Source: Lama guanicoe (lineage: Eukaryota). Taken from it: a stretch of 64,000 nt of DNA. Below, piece by piece: positions 49,386 through 62,584 of the stretch (positions are counted from its first letter, which is position 1; each line of letters begins with the position of its first letter). Where the stretch lies: positions 2,546,127 through 2,610,126 of the forward strand of contig MU053594.1 in assembly GCA_013239625.1 (NCBI GenBank). Direction: 5' to 3'. Made by a program: the position numbers and the translations under genes. The notes under the pieces were generated by a model. It made no database searches, was not told the origin of the DNA, and worked only from the letters and a program-made list of their open reading frames with translations.

Positions 49386-49849
49386 TGTGTTAGGCTGAAT
49401 AATTCCCCAGTGTTAGCCATGTCCTCATCCCCGTCAATGTTACCTTAAATGGCATAGAATGTTGCAAATGGGACTAAGTTAAGATGAGGAGATCATGGTG
49501 CATTACTGTGGTAGTCTCTGAATGCAATCACATATATTCTTGTAAGATAGAGATAGAGGGAGATTTGACACACATGACAGAAGAGGAGAAGGCCATGTGA
49601 CCACAGAGGCAGAGCTTGGAATGATGCAGCCACAAGGCAAGGAGTGCTGGAAGCCACCAGAAGCAGGAAGAAGCAAGGCGAGGATGCTTTCCTAGAGCCT
49701 CCAGAGAAAGCGTGGCCCTGCAGGCTTCGGTTTTAGCCCAGTGAAATAGATTTTGGACTTGGCTTCCAGAACATTAAGAAAATAAATTGTTGTTGTTTAA
49801 GGCACCACATGTGTGGTAATTTGTTACAGCATCACGGGAAAATAATACA
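49386..49849 (+). mobile_element. MLT1C/D solo LTR
   Basis: tgtgttaggctgaataat ... ggtaatttgttacagca...taataca; flanks agaac/acaac. Confidence 0.9.
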
Positions 49850-50742
49850 ACAACCAAGGAAAATTTCAGGTGGGGGGAGGGAAAAGAGAGAAAGGAAGTA
49901 TAATATAGTAATTTCCTTATCTCTATCAGAGAGTTAATAAACATTGTCTAAAATTAAATTAAAAAGACCTCTAATGACTCCATCCCTTAATGTTTTCATA
50001 TTTCTAAAGAAATTATTTTTGGTACTGTCTCAGACATTTAGTTATTCAAATTTACCTCAGTTTCTTTTTAATCCTGTTAAAATCAAGAAAAAATTTATTA
50101 TATTTATTTTTCAAGATCATCTACAAAGTATGATCCTTTTTTTGGGTAAAATATGTTTATCTATATTGCCCTATACTTATTTTCCCCTTTCTGTGGGCAC
50201 GTAGAAAATATCTGGAATAAGGTCATCTAATAATAATGATGGCTGTTTTATGGAGTGAAATTTTAGATTTATTTTAAATATTTTTCTTTGTGCTTTTCTG
50301 TATTAGTTGACTTTTTAAAAAATGACAATCATTGATCTGTCTATCCATCTATAATTTTTACAAATACAGAGTCACTATTATTTTAAAACTATTTGAATAA
50401 CCCTAAAGTCTCTTTTTTGTATGTTCTTTGCAGGCTAAGCATTTGGAATTTCCTCAGTTATTTCTACTATATTCCACTTTTCAGACACCTCAGTTCACAT
50501 GCTGAATTTTCCATGCCCTTTTTAAAATGAAGTTAATACAAAACAGTATCCAAGGATGGTTTGACCCTGTCCAACATTGAGAAGACTTTTTTCTGCAGGT
50601 TATCTTGAAATGCTTGAGATACTGCTGCCTCTGCAATTCCCTAAAAATTGTAACAGGGAATACTAGACATGTGGAGGAGACATCAGGGGTTAAGGCAAAT
50701 GTCAAAAATTTAATATTACAGAGGATGGTGTCTCTGGGGAGG

Positions 50743-51088
50743 TGCTATGGTTTGCATGTTTATGTCCTCTCAAAATTCACATATTGAAGTCCTAATGCCC
50801 AGTGTACCTTTGAGAAGCAGCTGGGTCATGAGGCTGAAACTCTCGTGAATGCAATTAGTGCCTTTGTAAAACAGATCCCAGAAAACTTGTTTGCTACCCT
50901 CCTACCATGTGAGGGCACAGCAAGGTGCTGTCTATGAACCAGAAGGTGGGCCGTTACCAAACAACAGATCTGCTGTGCCATGATCCTGTCCTTTCTAGCC
51001 TCTAGAATTATGAGAAATGTGTTCCTGTTGCTTCTAAGCTACTCAAATTGGTGATATTTTATTATAGCAGCAAGAATAGACTAAGACA
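50743..51088 (+). mobile_element. MLT1A0-like solo LTR
   Basis: tgctatggtttg ... agactaagaca; flanks ggagg/ggaga. Confidence 0.9.
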
Positions 51089-51569
51089 GGAGACTTACAG
51101 AGGATGGAAATCATATAGTTAAAGAGCCCATTAGCGTTCTGTCATTGGTTTGCATCTTGGTCAATGAAGATGGGGATGAAGAGTAATATTCTTTCTGGCA
51201 CCTTGACTGTCCTGTGGCTGAATAAGTATAGTGACTTCATGAAGTTTTCAAAATAAAGCAAATGACACTTTGGGCTCCTTCCCAGTAACCACATTCATTC
51301 AGATTTTTAGCTGATATACAACCTGCTTGCAGAAAGCATGTTTGAGCGGCAGACACCCTGCTTCTGTTGGTCCCCAAAAAGGCCCTGTATTGACTGTGCA
51401 CTTACCACAGTAGGTTATGTGCCTGTCAGTCCTCTAGGTCCTCTGATCGCATGAGAAACAGACAGTAATACTGTGTACAACTAGCCCTTCAATACCTTTC
51501 TTTACTTTCTTTGTCCTGAACTGGGACTCCTGCATCTTAAGACTGCCCAGTACAGGTAAAGACACAGCT

Positions 51570-51752
51570 GGTGCAAGGGAATGACCCTGGAGTGGGAATC
51601 GGCAGCTTTGGGATTTATTTCTGTTTGGCCATCAATTTGTTGTGTGCCTTCAGAAAAAATATATATTTTTTCATTTCCTCATGCCTTTTTTTCTCATCTG
51701 TGTATGAGGTAGTTGGACAGGAGCAAAATTCTTTACGCTTTTATCATTCTGT
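51570..51752 (+). mobile_element. MIR3/MIR fragment
   Basis: 'ccctggagtgggaatcggcag...tgtgtgccttc...ctcatctgtgtatgagg.agttggac'. Confidence 0.6.
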
Positions 51753-53369
51753 CACCCTCACATTTAATACTTAATCAGCAGCAGTGATATGGCTATTTCT
51801 ATCTGTATAAGCGTTTTTAATTTAGTGTCATTATCATAAATAATAGTGGTCAGCAATGATTCCTTTTGGCACATTGGACCTGAAACCCTTCTAAGTGCTT
51901 TTGTGAAAATATTATCTCAAGGTAAATGACATTTATCTCTCAATTAGGTAGTAAAGGGCAGGAATGGAATTTACATTCTACTGATTTAATGTCCCTATTT
52001 TATTGACTTCATTAAACTTTGCATTGAAACACTGTATGTGTGTAATTTATTAGAAAATTAAATGACAGTGACATTTGATACAGGCAGATGAGATGGAAAG
52101 GTTACATTTGCATGCATCTCAGCTTTCATTTTTCGTTTTAAGTTCTGAATTATAACAGAGTCCTTTCTCTAGTTATTAACTCATTTTTGCACACGTATTG
52201 ATTAGACTATCATCTGCTGGGAAGTAGGAACTGTTTTTCATGGCCTTCAGTAAGCATTCCATAAATAGTTGAATGGAGGGGGTGCCAGAGACAATCATGC
52301 AACCGTTGTGGGTGGACACTGCTACTGTCCATGGTCTGATCTGAGTGCAGCCAGCCCTCTGTTTGGTAATCAGTTCTTTAGATGTTTTTGATCACTTTTT
52401 TACCCCCATTTCCCTTAAATGTCATTCCAGGCCTTCATCATTTACTGCAAGCCACCTATACAACTCTTGCTGACTTCACTTTCAGCAAATGACTCCTACA
52501 CCAGCTTCATTGAAAAAACTGAGATCATCCCAGTGGAAAGATGCTGCCACTCACTGACTTTGTGATGAGTGCCATTTGGTGCTCTGCGGACAGTAACACC
52601 CTGTGCATTGCTATGATGTGGAGCAGCTGGCTGGTCGGGAATTCTGTGGTGTGGGAATGCATCACCAATCACATTGTATCATATTATGTATAACACTGAA
52701 TGTGTTGTTGCTGGGCATGTTACAGTAGAGTATGTCGATCGAACGTTGTCCTCTATCTCATAGACCTGAACTCTTCCAACTCTTAATTTTCTTTCATTAC
52801 AAGCCAGAAAAATGTCTGTACACTGCCCCTCATCCCTTCCTTCCTTTCGCAGAATCCTTCCTTTCCAAGGCCCACTTTCCACCAACACATTTGATCTCAT
52901 CATTCCCTGCCTTCCCCAAGATCTTACTTTTTATCTTCAGTTTCTCTCTTTCTACTGGCTCTTTTCTGTCAGTGCAATTCATTCTTGATTCATTCACTCA
53001 TTCAGATCAGATGAATTATTGATGCTAATTCTTCACTCCCCTTTAATAGGATTGTGCATCTAGCCTTTTGCCATGTAACTTGGCAGTGTTCCCTCACTCT
53101 CATTTCTCTGGGTCTGTTTTGTCATGTGCAAAATGAAGTAGTTGGATGACATCAAATTCTTTATATAGTTTTAATATCCTGTGACACATTATGTAATCAG
53201 CAGAAATGATATGAACATTTCTCTCTGTAAATATGTTCTTAATTGAGTGTCATAATCCTCAATAATAGTGAACAGAATATACTTTCCCACTTCTTTGGGC
53301 TTGGACATCGAGTTTCAGGAGGATTTGTTACTTAGGATCATTGCTGCGAAAACTAATACACTCACCAAT

Positions 53370-53700
53370 CCATTTTTTCCCATTCAAAAAATATTTGTTG
53401 GATAACTAAGAAATGCCAGACACGTATTGTATGGAAACTAAAACAAAAAGAAGGCAAAAATAAATGAACAAGGTAATTTCACATTCTGACAAACTTTATG
53501 GATAAACCAGATGGGGTGAAAAACAGTGACAGGGGCTGTGGAAGAGTACACCTTTGGTTTGGTTAGGGAAAGCCTTGAGAAGGCCACTTGAATAAGACAT
53601 GAGTGACAAGAAGGAGGCAGCCAGAGGCTGATCCAGCCATAGCACATTCCTGCAAAAGAACAGCAAAGTCCTGCAGTGGAAATGAACTTGGCCTTGGGAC
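53370..53700 (-). mobile_element. L2 3' region
   Basis: 'cattcaaaaaatatttgttg...tgccagacac...ggttagggaaagcct..agaaggccacttga...gcacattcctgcaaaagaacagcaaag'. Confidence 0.75.
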
Positions 53701-54109
53701 AGACATGTCTCTCCAATAACCAAAAGCTGTAAAATTAACATTCCTTCCAAACACAGCAAGCTGGGCTGATGTCGAGAAAGAAAATTAAGCCTCCAGCAGG
53801 AGCTCAGTCAGACTAGAAAACCAGCGTGGCTGCAAAGAGGGGCAGATTCTGGGTTCACCTTTTGGCCACTTGTCACTGGGATCGAGGGTGAGTCAAGCTG
53901 GCTTAGTGTGCAGCTGGAGAGAGAGCTGTTGTTCCACTGCTTTGGATACAGTCTCTCTTCATTGTCTGCATCCTGTTTAGTATTTCTTGGGCCAAAGTTT
54001 TTTCATCTCAGCTAGAGTTGCATTACATTGTTTTCACTGGATGCAAGTGATTTCACAATTTTCTATTGGAAAATTCTGCTCGCTCCTCTTTTGTTGTGTT
54101 CCCTCCCAT

Positions 54110-54545
54110 TCTTTTAATCAAAGTTATATGAATATGTGGTTCAAAGAGTGAAAGAAGTCTTTCAAGTTTGTTATAAGAAACAGTCACCCTCCCTGAATAG
54201 TCTCTGCCTGCTCACATCCACCCCTCCCAGAAGTACTTCAACCTCTTTTACCTGATTATCTGGCATGTCACCTTCATGTCTCTAAATAACAGACTTATTG
54301 CTACTTCTTGATTTGCCATTTTTGGATATTTTATATTTATTCCTCACAACTGACTATGAGGATTTAGCTTTCTTTCTCCTCTCTTCTCCCAGCAAATACA
54401 TAAATTTATTTTACCACCTTTTCCTCTCAATATAAGGTTATGATAATTTTACTTACATTAATGATCAGTATTTACATTATTGTATTTATATACATGTTTT
54501 TAACAGTTGGATCATACAATAAAATTTAATTGCCTTTCTTTTCTG
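54110..54545 (-). mobile_element. HAL1 3' fragment
   Basis: 'tctaaataacagacttattgctacttcttgatt...gaggatttagctt' resembles the reverse of 42820-42930. Confidence 0.65.
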
Positions 54546-54645
54546 GGGTAGATCCTGATGGTCCTTTCAACCGTTTATGGAATGCTTACCAAAAGTCATG
54601 AAAAACAGTTCCTAGTTCCCAGCAGGTGATGGTGTTATTAGTACA

Positions 54646-55945
54646 TGTGCAAAATGAATTCAATGGTCCTCAAGGTCCCTACCTACCAGTATTCAAGGCT
54701 TTGTGTATTCCCCTCCCCTGAGTGAAAGCTGAGCTTACTGGCTTGCTTCTAACAACTAGAATATGGCAGAAGTGATGAGATGTCTTTTCCGAGATGAGGT
54801 GACATAAAGACGGCTCCCATTTGAGGCACTCTCTTTTGTTTGCTCACTCTGAGTCAGGTCTAGTTCTTTTTTTTTTAATAACTTTTTTTTTATTGAGTTA
54901 TAGTCATTTTACAATGTTGTGTCAGATTCCGGTGTAGAGCACAATTTTTCAGTTATACATGAACATACATATATTCATTGTCACTTTTTTTTTTTTCACT
55001 GTAAGCTACCAAGGTCTAGTTCTAAAGATGTTTCCCCAAGTTCCCTAGTTATTCAATCAAGTACCACCATAGAGGGGTCTTCCAGATGGAATTAAGGTTC
55101 CTAATCAGTTGATCTTAAAATAGGTGTTTGTGTTCCCCAAATTTATATGTTGAAATCCTAGTACCCAGTGTGATGGCATTAAGAGGTAGGCCTTGGGAAG
55201 TAATTAGGTCAGAAGGGTGAAGCTCTCATAAATGGGATTAGTACTGTTATGCTAGGGACTCCAGAGAGTTTTCTCACCCCTTCTGCCATGCGAGGACCCA
55301 GTGAGAGACTGCTGTCTGTGAACCAGGAAGCAGGTTCTCAGAATCTCCCAGTGCCTTGACCTTGAATGTCCTAGCCTCCAGAAATGTGAGAAATAAATGT
55401 TTGTTGTGCACGTCATCCAGTCTACAGGAGTTTCAGTCCAGTAACCCAAACAGATTGAGACAGGGAAATTATTCTGGGTCATCCAGATAGGCCACTGCCA
55501 TCACATGAACCTTTAAAAGCAGAAGCAAGGCAGAGATGATGCAAAAGAAGCAGCAGACATGTCACAGAAGGGGAGATCAAAGAGATTTGAAATGTGAGAA
55601 GGACTCAGCTCCCATCACTGGCTTTGAAGAGAAGGTGATCATAAGCCAGGGAATGTTGGATGGCTTTAGAAGCTGAGTTTGACCCCTGGTTAACAGCCAA
55701 GTCCCACCACCACATGGGACTGAATTCTACCAACCACCAGAAAAGTCTGGAAGTGGATTCTCCCCGAGAGCTCCAGACAAGAGCCCAGCCTGGCTGACAG
55801 ATTTGTTTCAGCTTTTGAGACTCAGAGCAGAGGCTCTGAGCCTACCTGGACTTCTGACCCATGGATCTATTAGATAATAAGTGGGTGTTTCTTAAGCTGC
55901 TAAATTTGCAGTAATTGTTACAGCATCAATTGGAAACAAAAACAT
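54646..55945 (+). mobile_element. Nested MaLR cluster: MLT1F-like 5' part (54646-54855), MLT1E-like LTR (about 55024-55945), MLT1A0-like insert (55124-55462)
   Basis: 'gcttctaacaactagaatatggcagaagtgatg'; 'aattaaggttcctaatcagttgatcttaaaatagg' resumes as 'gggaaattattctggg' after the MLT1A0 ending 'gattgagaca'. Confidence 0.8.
54868..55011 (-). mobile_element. Young L1 3' end, 5'-truncated (~145 bp)
   Basis: Poly-T then the same 3' UTR as at 19488; perfect 12-bp TSD aggtctagttct at 54856-54867 and 55012-55023. Confidence 0.93.
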
Positions 55946-57520
55946 TGCAGGATGCCAGTGGCCAAGTTGTAAGCATACATAGGGAACTGGGGAAGTGATA
56001 CTGTCAAGGATCCATCATGATAAGTCTACTTTATTAAATAAGATTTTCTCAAAAGATTCCACAGGAGAGGTCGTGCATTTACTTAACAAATGCTTATTGA
56101 CTGCATGCTGGGGATACTGCCCTGAGTAAGACAGTGTTTTTGTTTTGTGGCACTCAGATTCTAGACAGAAGAGAGGGTGCGTGGCTATTGATTAATTTTG
56201 TGTTATGTTCTTCCAAGTCATAACCAGGGGAGAATTCATCCTACTTATCTTCATAACTTTTAGGAAAATCCAAGATTATTGGACAAACATTTAACACTTA
56301 TAAAAGCCTCTTATTTGTTCCAGGTCCCATGTGGTAAACAGTGACTCCTGTCCTCATAGATCGTATGGGAGGAGAAGGCAGATGTGGAAGTGTATTACTA
56401 CTACACAGTGTGATACTTGCAAGAGGAGATGGGAAGGAAGACAAAGGAGGAATGAAGCTCGGTTTTTAGAACATCAATCAAAATGCACCACAGTTAGATA
56501 TTTTTCATGTAGTATGCACTGGCTTTTACACTTTGTTTTTCAAAATAACAAGGAAGGCCATTTCTTCTCATTCTCTTATTTCCGATTCTAGGGCCAATCC
56601 TCAAGAAAGATAAGAATACATTGCCCTTGAGCATCGTCTACATTTTTACTCTTGTTCATAAAAATCAGGGCTCTGTTAGATACTTGGCCTTGAGCTGGAC
56701 AGATGCATTTGTGCAATAGCAGATTAAGATTTTCTGAAAGGCTTGGTTGCTTATTTTGTGTTCAGGAGCACTACGATGTTTTGACATGTGCTATTCCCAG
56801 AGTAATCTCATTACCATCACTCATTTACTAATTTAGTGAGAGATCATTTGCTTGGGGGAGCCCTGCATGTGTTTTAAAAATAGCTACACATTCAGGTTTG
56901 CTTGATCTTGTAAAAAGAACAAAAAGAGAAGCTGTTTGTTTTCCACACAGAAATAACTAATTTGAAATCAATCTGTCTCCTATATGCAAACATGTGCATA
57001 GATTTGTGTAACCTGCAGTGAAATAGTTTTCTATAAACTTGCATGTTTAGTTGTCTGTGTTCTTTTCGTTGAACATTGCTCTGTTTGATTTTCCCACTAA
57101 GAACCGAAGAGACCAGAGGCATAGCTTCACATTTGTAACTCTCCTCTATTGTCTGTTTACTGATTCAGTCAACAATTACCTGCTCTGTGCCTAGCAATGT
57201 GATCGGTCTTGGGGGTATAAACATGAACATGAAAGAATCTCAGGCCTTAAGTAACTCAGTTTGGTTGAGGACCTGAGATCTAAATTAATTTCTGAAGAAG
57301 AAGAATAAGTAAGGAACGCCCTCCCCTTGCGAGAAGTTGGACCAGTGGCAAGATAAAACACCAACCTCGGTGACAACAATAATTCAAAGTAGTCATAAAG
57401 CCTTCTGCTTACAAGAGTCCTTCCCTAAGGGGCAGAATTGTGGGAAATAGAATTTCATTAGAATAAATCAAGAAGGAAGTGGAAGTGAAAATTGGATGGG
57501 AAGCCTTATTAAAAAAAAAC

Positions 57521-57942
57521 TGCATTAGTTAAGATGCTATTAACTATTATTTTAAAAAGTAAAAGCAAAATGTGTAACTGTTTAAATAGGATAAAAACAT
57601 ACTTGTCAATCATGTTAAGTTCAAAATAAACACGCCTAACTGGTGGAAGCTTTCCTCCATGTAGTGACTCAGGGATCAAGGCTCCCTCTGTCTTGTGGCT
57701 TTTCTGCCTTGAGCACTGGTTTCCAAGGTCATTGCATTCTGCACCAAGTCCAAAGCAGGGGAAGAGTAAGATGCATGGGGAGGCTGTTTATGGTCCAGGC
57801 TTAGAAGTGGCATACAGCACTTCCTGCCCCATGCAATTGGCTAGAATTTAGTCTTGTGACCTCACCAACTAGAAGAAAAGCTCGGAACAACAGTTGAGCC
57901 ATGTAACTAGAGGGAAGACAGGGACATTTAATTTCTGCCACC
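57521..57942 (-). mobile_element. MLT1J/K-like LTR
   Basis: 'gtgactcagggatcaaggctccctctgtcttgtggct', 'ggcttagaagtggcatacagcacttc...attggctagaa'. Confidence 0.75.
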
Positions 57943-58479
57943 AAAGCCTTAAACTGAATCACAGCACTTCACAGCTGGAAAGCACTAAGGGTTTTGCATC
58001 TGTTTATTCTCTTCTCCCCTGCCTGGAAAGCCCTTCAACTATTTCTTCAATGACACATGTTCTAGGATCACCTACATTTTTGTCTCCAACCTGGGATCTC
58101 TGTAATTTGACAACATCCAACTTGAATTTTGGTGTCCAGAAAGATCACATTATTCCAGACATGGTTAACCAGAAAGAAGCATAGTGGGACAGATTTTTCC
58201 TGATCAGCTTGACGTAGCTCAAAACTGCATAACCAGAGAGCTCTTCTTGTTTTTTTAATCATTTAACTTATTCACTTAGTTTGCAAGTGTCATGGATTAG
58301 AAAAGTATGCACCTGCCTTGATGAAGTCACCATAAATGTCTTTCTTGTTCATTATTGTGTTCCTATCTCTAGCATAATACCTGGTACATAGTAGGTATTT
58401 CATAAACATTTAATAAAAAAATGTTCACAGCATCTTACACGATTCCTTGAACATAGTATACAGTTTCATACTTTGCATT

Positions 58480-59690
58480 TCTTACCTTGCTGTCATCCAT
58501 CCAATTGTTTTTGCATATCAGTTTTCTAATATAGTCCTTTTTCTTCTTAACTGTGTGTTGTTGATTGGGCTGTCATTGAACTTTTTTTTCTTTTTAATTT
58601 CAATGTCTGTGCTTTTAATTTTTAGAATTTCTATTTGCTATTTTCTCCAGTTTTCTTTTTGGATTTTGTCCCTTCCTTTATTTCTCGATTTAAACATCTT
58701 TACCCAAGTCTCTTTCAGGATGCTCCAAGTTTGTAGATCCTGGCATTTGAACGTTCTTACCTAGGTTGTCCTCAGCGGGCATGTGTGCTGTCTTACTGAC
58801 ACTGCTGGGCAAAGGGGCCTCCGGTACGCCAAGGAGGGATGTAGGTGGGTGTTTCTGGATGTGCCTCCATTGAAGCTCAGTGCATAGAATGACTTTAAGA
58901 TCAACTCTTATGTTAATACCTCACTTTAGGGTTCTTTCATCTTGAGGCTAGTGCAGATTTGGGCCACACACCCAAGACATGAGTTCACAGCTCTTGTTTG
59001 TGGTGGATGACTGGGAATGGAGCCCAAATCCTTCATTTCCTCCTCCCTGAGCTTAAAACCCTTTTTTCCCTAGGGCATCTATCTGGTTCTAATGCTTTGC
59101 CTGTCAGTTCCTTCTTCACTTTTGGCATCCTTTCTTGCTTTTTTATGCTTAACTATGTATTAAAAACATTAAAAAAATACATTCTCCCCAGCATTTCTAT
59201 GGGCTTGGAGCAGGCCCGGGGGTTTCCCACTGTGGTGGACACTGTGATACGCAGCCCAGAAACCCTCTCCCTGAAGGATTTGTTGATCCAGCTGCTGGCA
59301 GTGCTGTCTGCGGAAAGCCTTCAGCTGTCAGCCCCTTCAGGGACTGCCTCAGCTGCAGAGAGCAGCCTGGTCCAAGGTCACGCCCTTTTCCCCGGGAGAC
59401 CCCATCATCCAGTGACTGATTAATGTGAGAGTGTAAGGGCTGGGCAATCTTGGCCCAACTCAGCGCCCTTCTGAAGAGCCATTCTAGTTCTGATGCTCCC
59501 CGTGAGTTTGGTCAAGGCAGTTCCTAGGCCTGCCTCAGCTCACTTTCCCCGTTGTCTGCTCCTTCCCCAGGTGTTGATTCCAGCGCTGCTGCTGATACAC
59601 ACCCTGTCCTCTGAACTTCACTTTGTCTGCTTCCCAGGAACCAACCTGAGATGCCATATCCGGCCACTCAGTATTGACCAGAAGCCTCAT
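58480..59690 (-). mobile_element. Old L1M/HAL1 5' end and ORF1 remnant, interrupted by LTR16A
   Basis: 'ttttaatttcaatg..tgtgcttttaatttttagaatttctatttg'; 5' terminus 'cagcatttctatgggcttggagcagg...tattgaccagaagcc'. Confidence 0.6.
59231..59653 (+). mobile_element. LTR16A-like ERVL solo LTR
   Basis: 'tgtggtggac...cttcagctgtcagccccttcagggactgcctcagctgcagagagc...gtctgcttcccaggaaccaacctg'. Confidence 0.88.
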
Positions 59691-60019
59691 ATCTGAAGGC
59701 ATTCAGAGAATGTTGGTTGTTGATGGTGTTGATATGAACAGCTGCTAACCCTTTGCCTCATTCTCCTGTACTGTGTGATAGATTTACATAAGACCTCATT
59801 TTCCTAAGATTTAAACATTGTTTTTAGATTTCTACCTATGTTTCAAGCTATCAAGTTCATTTAAAATTTTGATTTTTTTTCATTTGATTTTTTCTCTTTT
59901 GCAACTTTGTGACATTTTATAGTTTGGTATGCATACCTCTTATACCTTTAACTGAATAATTAATAAAAATATTTAATAGGAAGGATTAAGGATCTCTCCT
60001 GACAATTCATCCTAGGAGC

Positions 60020-60300
60020 ACAGACCATTATTCAGACTCTGAATTCAAATAGCTACACATTTACCCTACAATCCATCTTTCACCATCTTACCTAGAAGAA
60101 CACCCAGAGAGGCTTATCTAAATAAATGAATTCATGAAATCCAGGCTCACTCTGTCTATTGATTACCTCTCATTTAATAACTTTGAAAAAGATATTAGGC
60201 TGGCTAATTTGACAAGTGTCATTTTCAGTGAACATATATTGGCTCCTGCTAGTGACTTATTTTTCCCTAAATGTTCACAAATGCTGAAAATGTTGGCTTC
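60020..60300 (-). mobile_element. L3/CR1 fragment
   Basis: 'aaaagatattaggctgg...tgacaag.gtcattttcagtgaacatatattggctcctgctagtgac...ctaaatgttcacaaa' resembles antisense L3 RT. Confidence 0.55.
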
Positions 60301-60689
60301 TGTTATGATTATGTAATTCAAAAAAAACTATCATGTTTCCTATTCTGAAAATTGAACTTATATACAATGGCAGTGATTAGGAGTCCTATTGGCCCATTTA
60401 TTAGTTCTGTATGGGCCTTAAAAATCTATGTGAGCTGACAATTTGTATCTTTATTTCAGGCAAAACATACACATATAGGCTGAATTTACAACATAAAGTT
60501 TAAATTATGCATAAACAAAAGTGTTGAAACAATGGAAAGAGCTACTATTTGGGGTGTTAAAATGTCTTTCCTTGGAAGCCTTTAAATATCTTTAACTGAA
60601 GGCCTTTAACAAAAAAGTGATGCTCATTCTTGACCTAATCTTTTTAAAACTAGGAATAACATTTTATTTCCTTAATGTGCAAAGGTCAT

Positions 60690-60828
60690 CTTTCTAAAGA
60701 CGATAGTCAACATCATTCTGAAGACTGAAACACTAGAAAAAATTCCAGTTAAAATAAAGAACAAGACCTTCCTGATCCAGATCATCATTGATAATGTTTT
60801 TGTCTTTCCTTCCTTCCTTCCTTCCTCC

Positions 60829-60880
<52 letters not shown>

Positions 60881-61440
60881 TTGACAATGCAGTAAAACAC
60901 AAATCAGAAAGAAAAGCTATAACATAAGGAGACATACATACAATTTTTTGCATAGTTGAAATGGGAATATAATCTGTGAAATGGGAAGATAATCAACTAA
61001 ATCATTCTTAAAATTAAAAAAACTTAGCAGGGTGGCTGTTTACAATTTAAATACACAAATTGCTACATTTAATTTAAAACTCAATAGCCAATTTTAAGAC
61101 ATGAAAGAAAAAAAGTTGCATTCACAGTAGCAGCCATAAAAACATCAGTTAAAACCAACCCTAAAATTCATAGGATTAAAGCCAACAATAAACTGTATAG
61201 AATATAATGAGCATGACTATTATTAAACTGTACTGGGCTCCAAAAATAATTGAATAAAAGGAGAGGTACCATATTCCAGATGGTGACATGTGCCTTGTAG
61301 AGAAGTAAATTCTCTCCAAACTGAAGGTCTAAGACTGCTCCAATAAAACTTCTATTCAGGAATTTTCTAAGAAATTTAAAGTTAGTCTAGACTAAGAAAC
61401 AGATTAGAGGAGCTAAGAACTTTTTTTTTAGAAAAAGGAG
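60690..61440 (+). mobile_element. Old L1ME ORF2 RT-region remnant
   Basis: 'atagtcaacatcattctgaa..ctgaaacactagaa', 'aacttagcagggtggctg.ttacaa'. Confidence 0.7.
60804..60882. repeat. (TTCC)n(TTTC)n compound microsatellite
   Basis: Directly visible. Confidence 0.95.
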
Positions 61441-62584
61441 AGACATGACTGGGGTCTTTCTTCTGCTAGCTATTTGACTGGGTTCAACTTGATAGAGTCT
61501 CGGTGGAAAGCCACCTTGTTCTTCCTCACCGTTGACTCTTGACCCCTGGCTCTGTGGACTCTTTCTCATCCCTGGGATGAAAACGTGAGAAGCCTTTATG
61601 AGTTTCCAGTTACATGCGGACTTTTAAAAATGCATTGTGGTTACTTGAAAGATAAGAATATTCTCAGTGTAGTGATTGAAATGTCTAGTGTTTTATTAAA
61701 CTAAAACCCAAATTTCATTTAAAATTATGTCTTCTCTCTCCACGAGGACCAGAAAGCTAGTAATAGGAGCAAAGAAGGCCACAGGATTCTTGACTGTTAA
61801 GGATCTTACTCCTCTTCGTTTTACGTTCTGGCTCTTCAGTGCTGATGAGAGGATGGAGGATAGATGAGGGACAGGGGAGGTCTCGCTGGCTGGCACAGGG
61901 ATGATTACCAGTGATGACGCCATCAGATGTGCTGATTCTTTGTCTATGCTGCTGATGGTTCATTTCATGGGGAGCTCTCAGATGGTAAGTTCTTATATGC
62001 ACTGTGGTTTTTCCTCTGCAAGCCACTTGTAATGTTTCCCTCAGCTCCTGGGCATCTCACAGCCCACCCTATCCCATGGCTGCCACAACACCTCTCCAAG
62101 CCGTCAGCTTGGGCAAGAGCCAGTACACTTTCCAGTGGCCTCCATCTGATTGGTAAGATTCACTGTCCTTCCCGAGTAGGAGGTAGTGTAGTCCAGCTGA
62201 GGGTGGTCCCCTCCTCTGTGTCCTCAAGCAGCGTCTAGGCTCAGCCTCTTGTAACTTGTGCTCCCCAAACTTCAGGGGACACACGTCAAACCCTCTAAGT
62301 GGTGTTTATGGAACCTTCACTCTCACGTGGTTAAAGGTGAGAAACACTTTCTGTCCCTGCCCTTCCACAGGGCTGGTGGAATGGGAGCACAAAGTGCCTG
62401 GACAGCTCTCTAAGGAGAACTCCTTCCTCTTGGCTTTTAAAATTTCAGTACTTTTATGGCCACTAGCCAGGTGAGACTAAAATCTCAAAATCATTTTAAG
62501 CTGGTTGTGACAGTCTTAAAAGTGGGCCCATGACCCCTGCCTCCTGGTGTCTAGGCCTTTGTGTAGTCCTCTCCTGAGCAGGAA

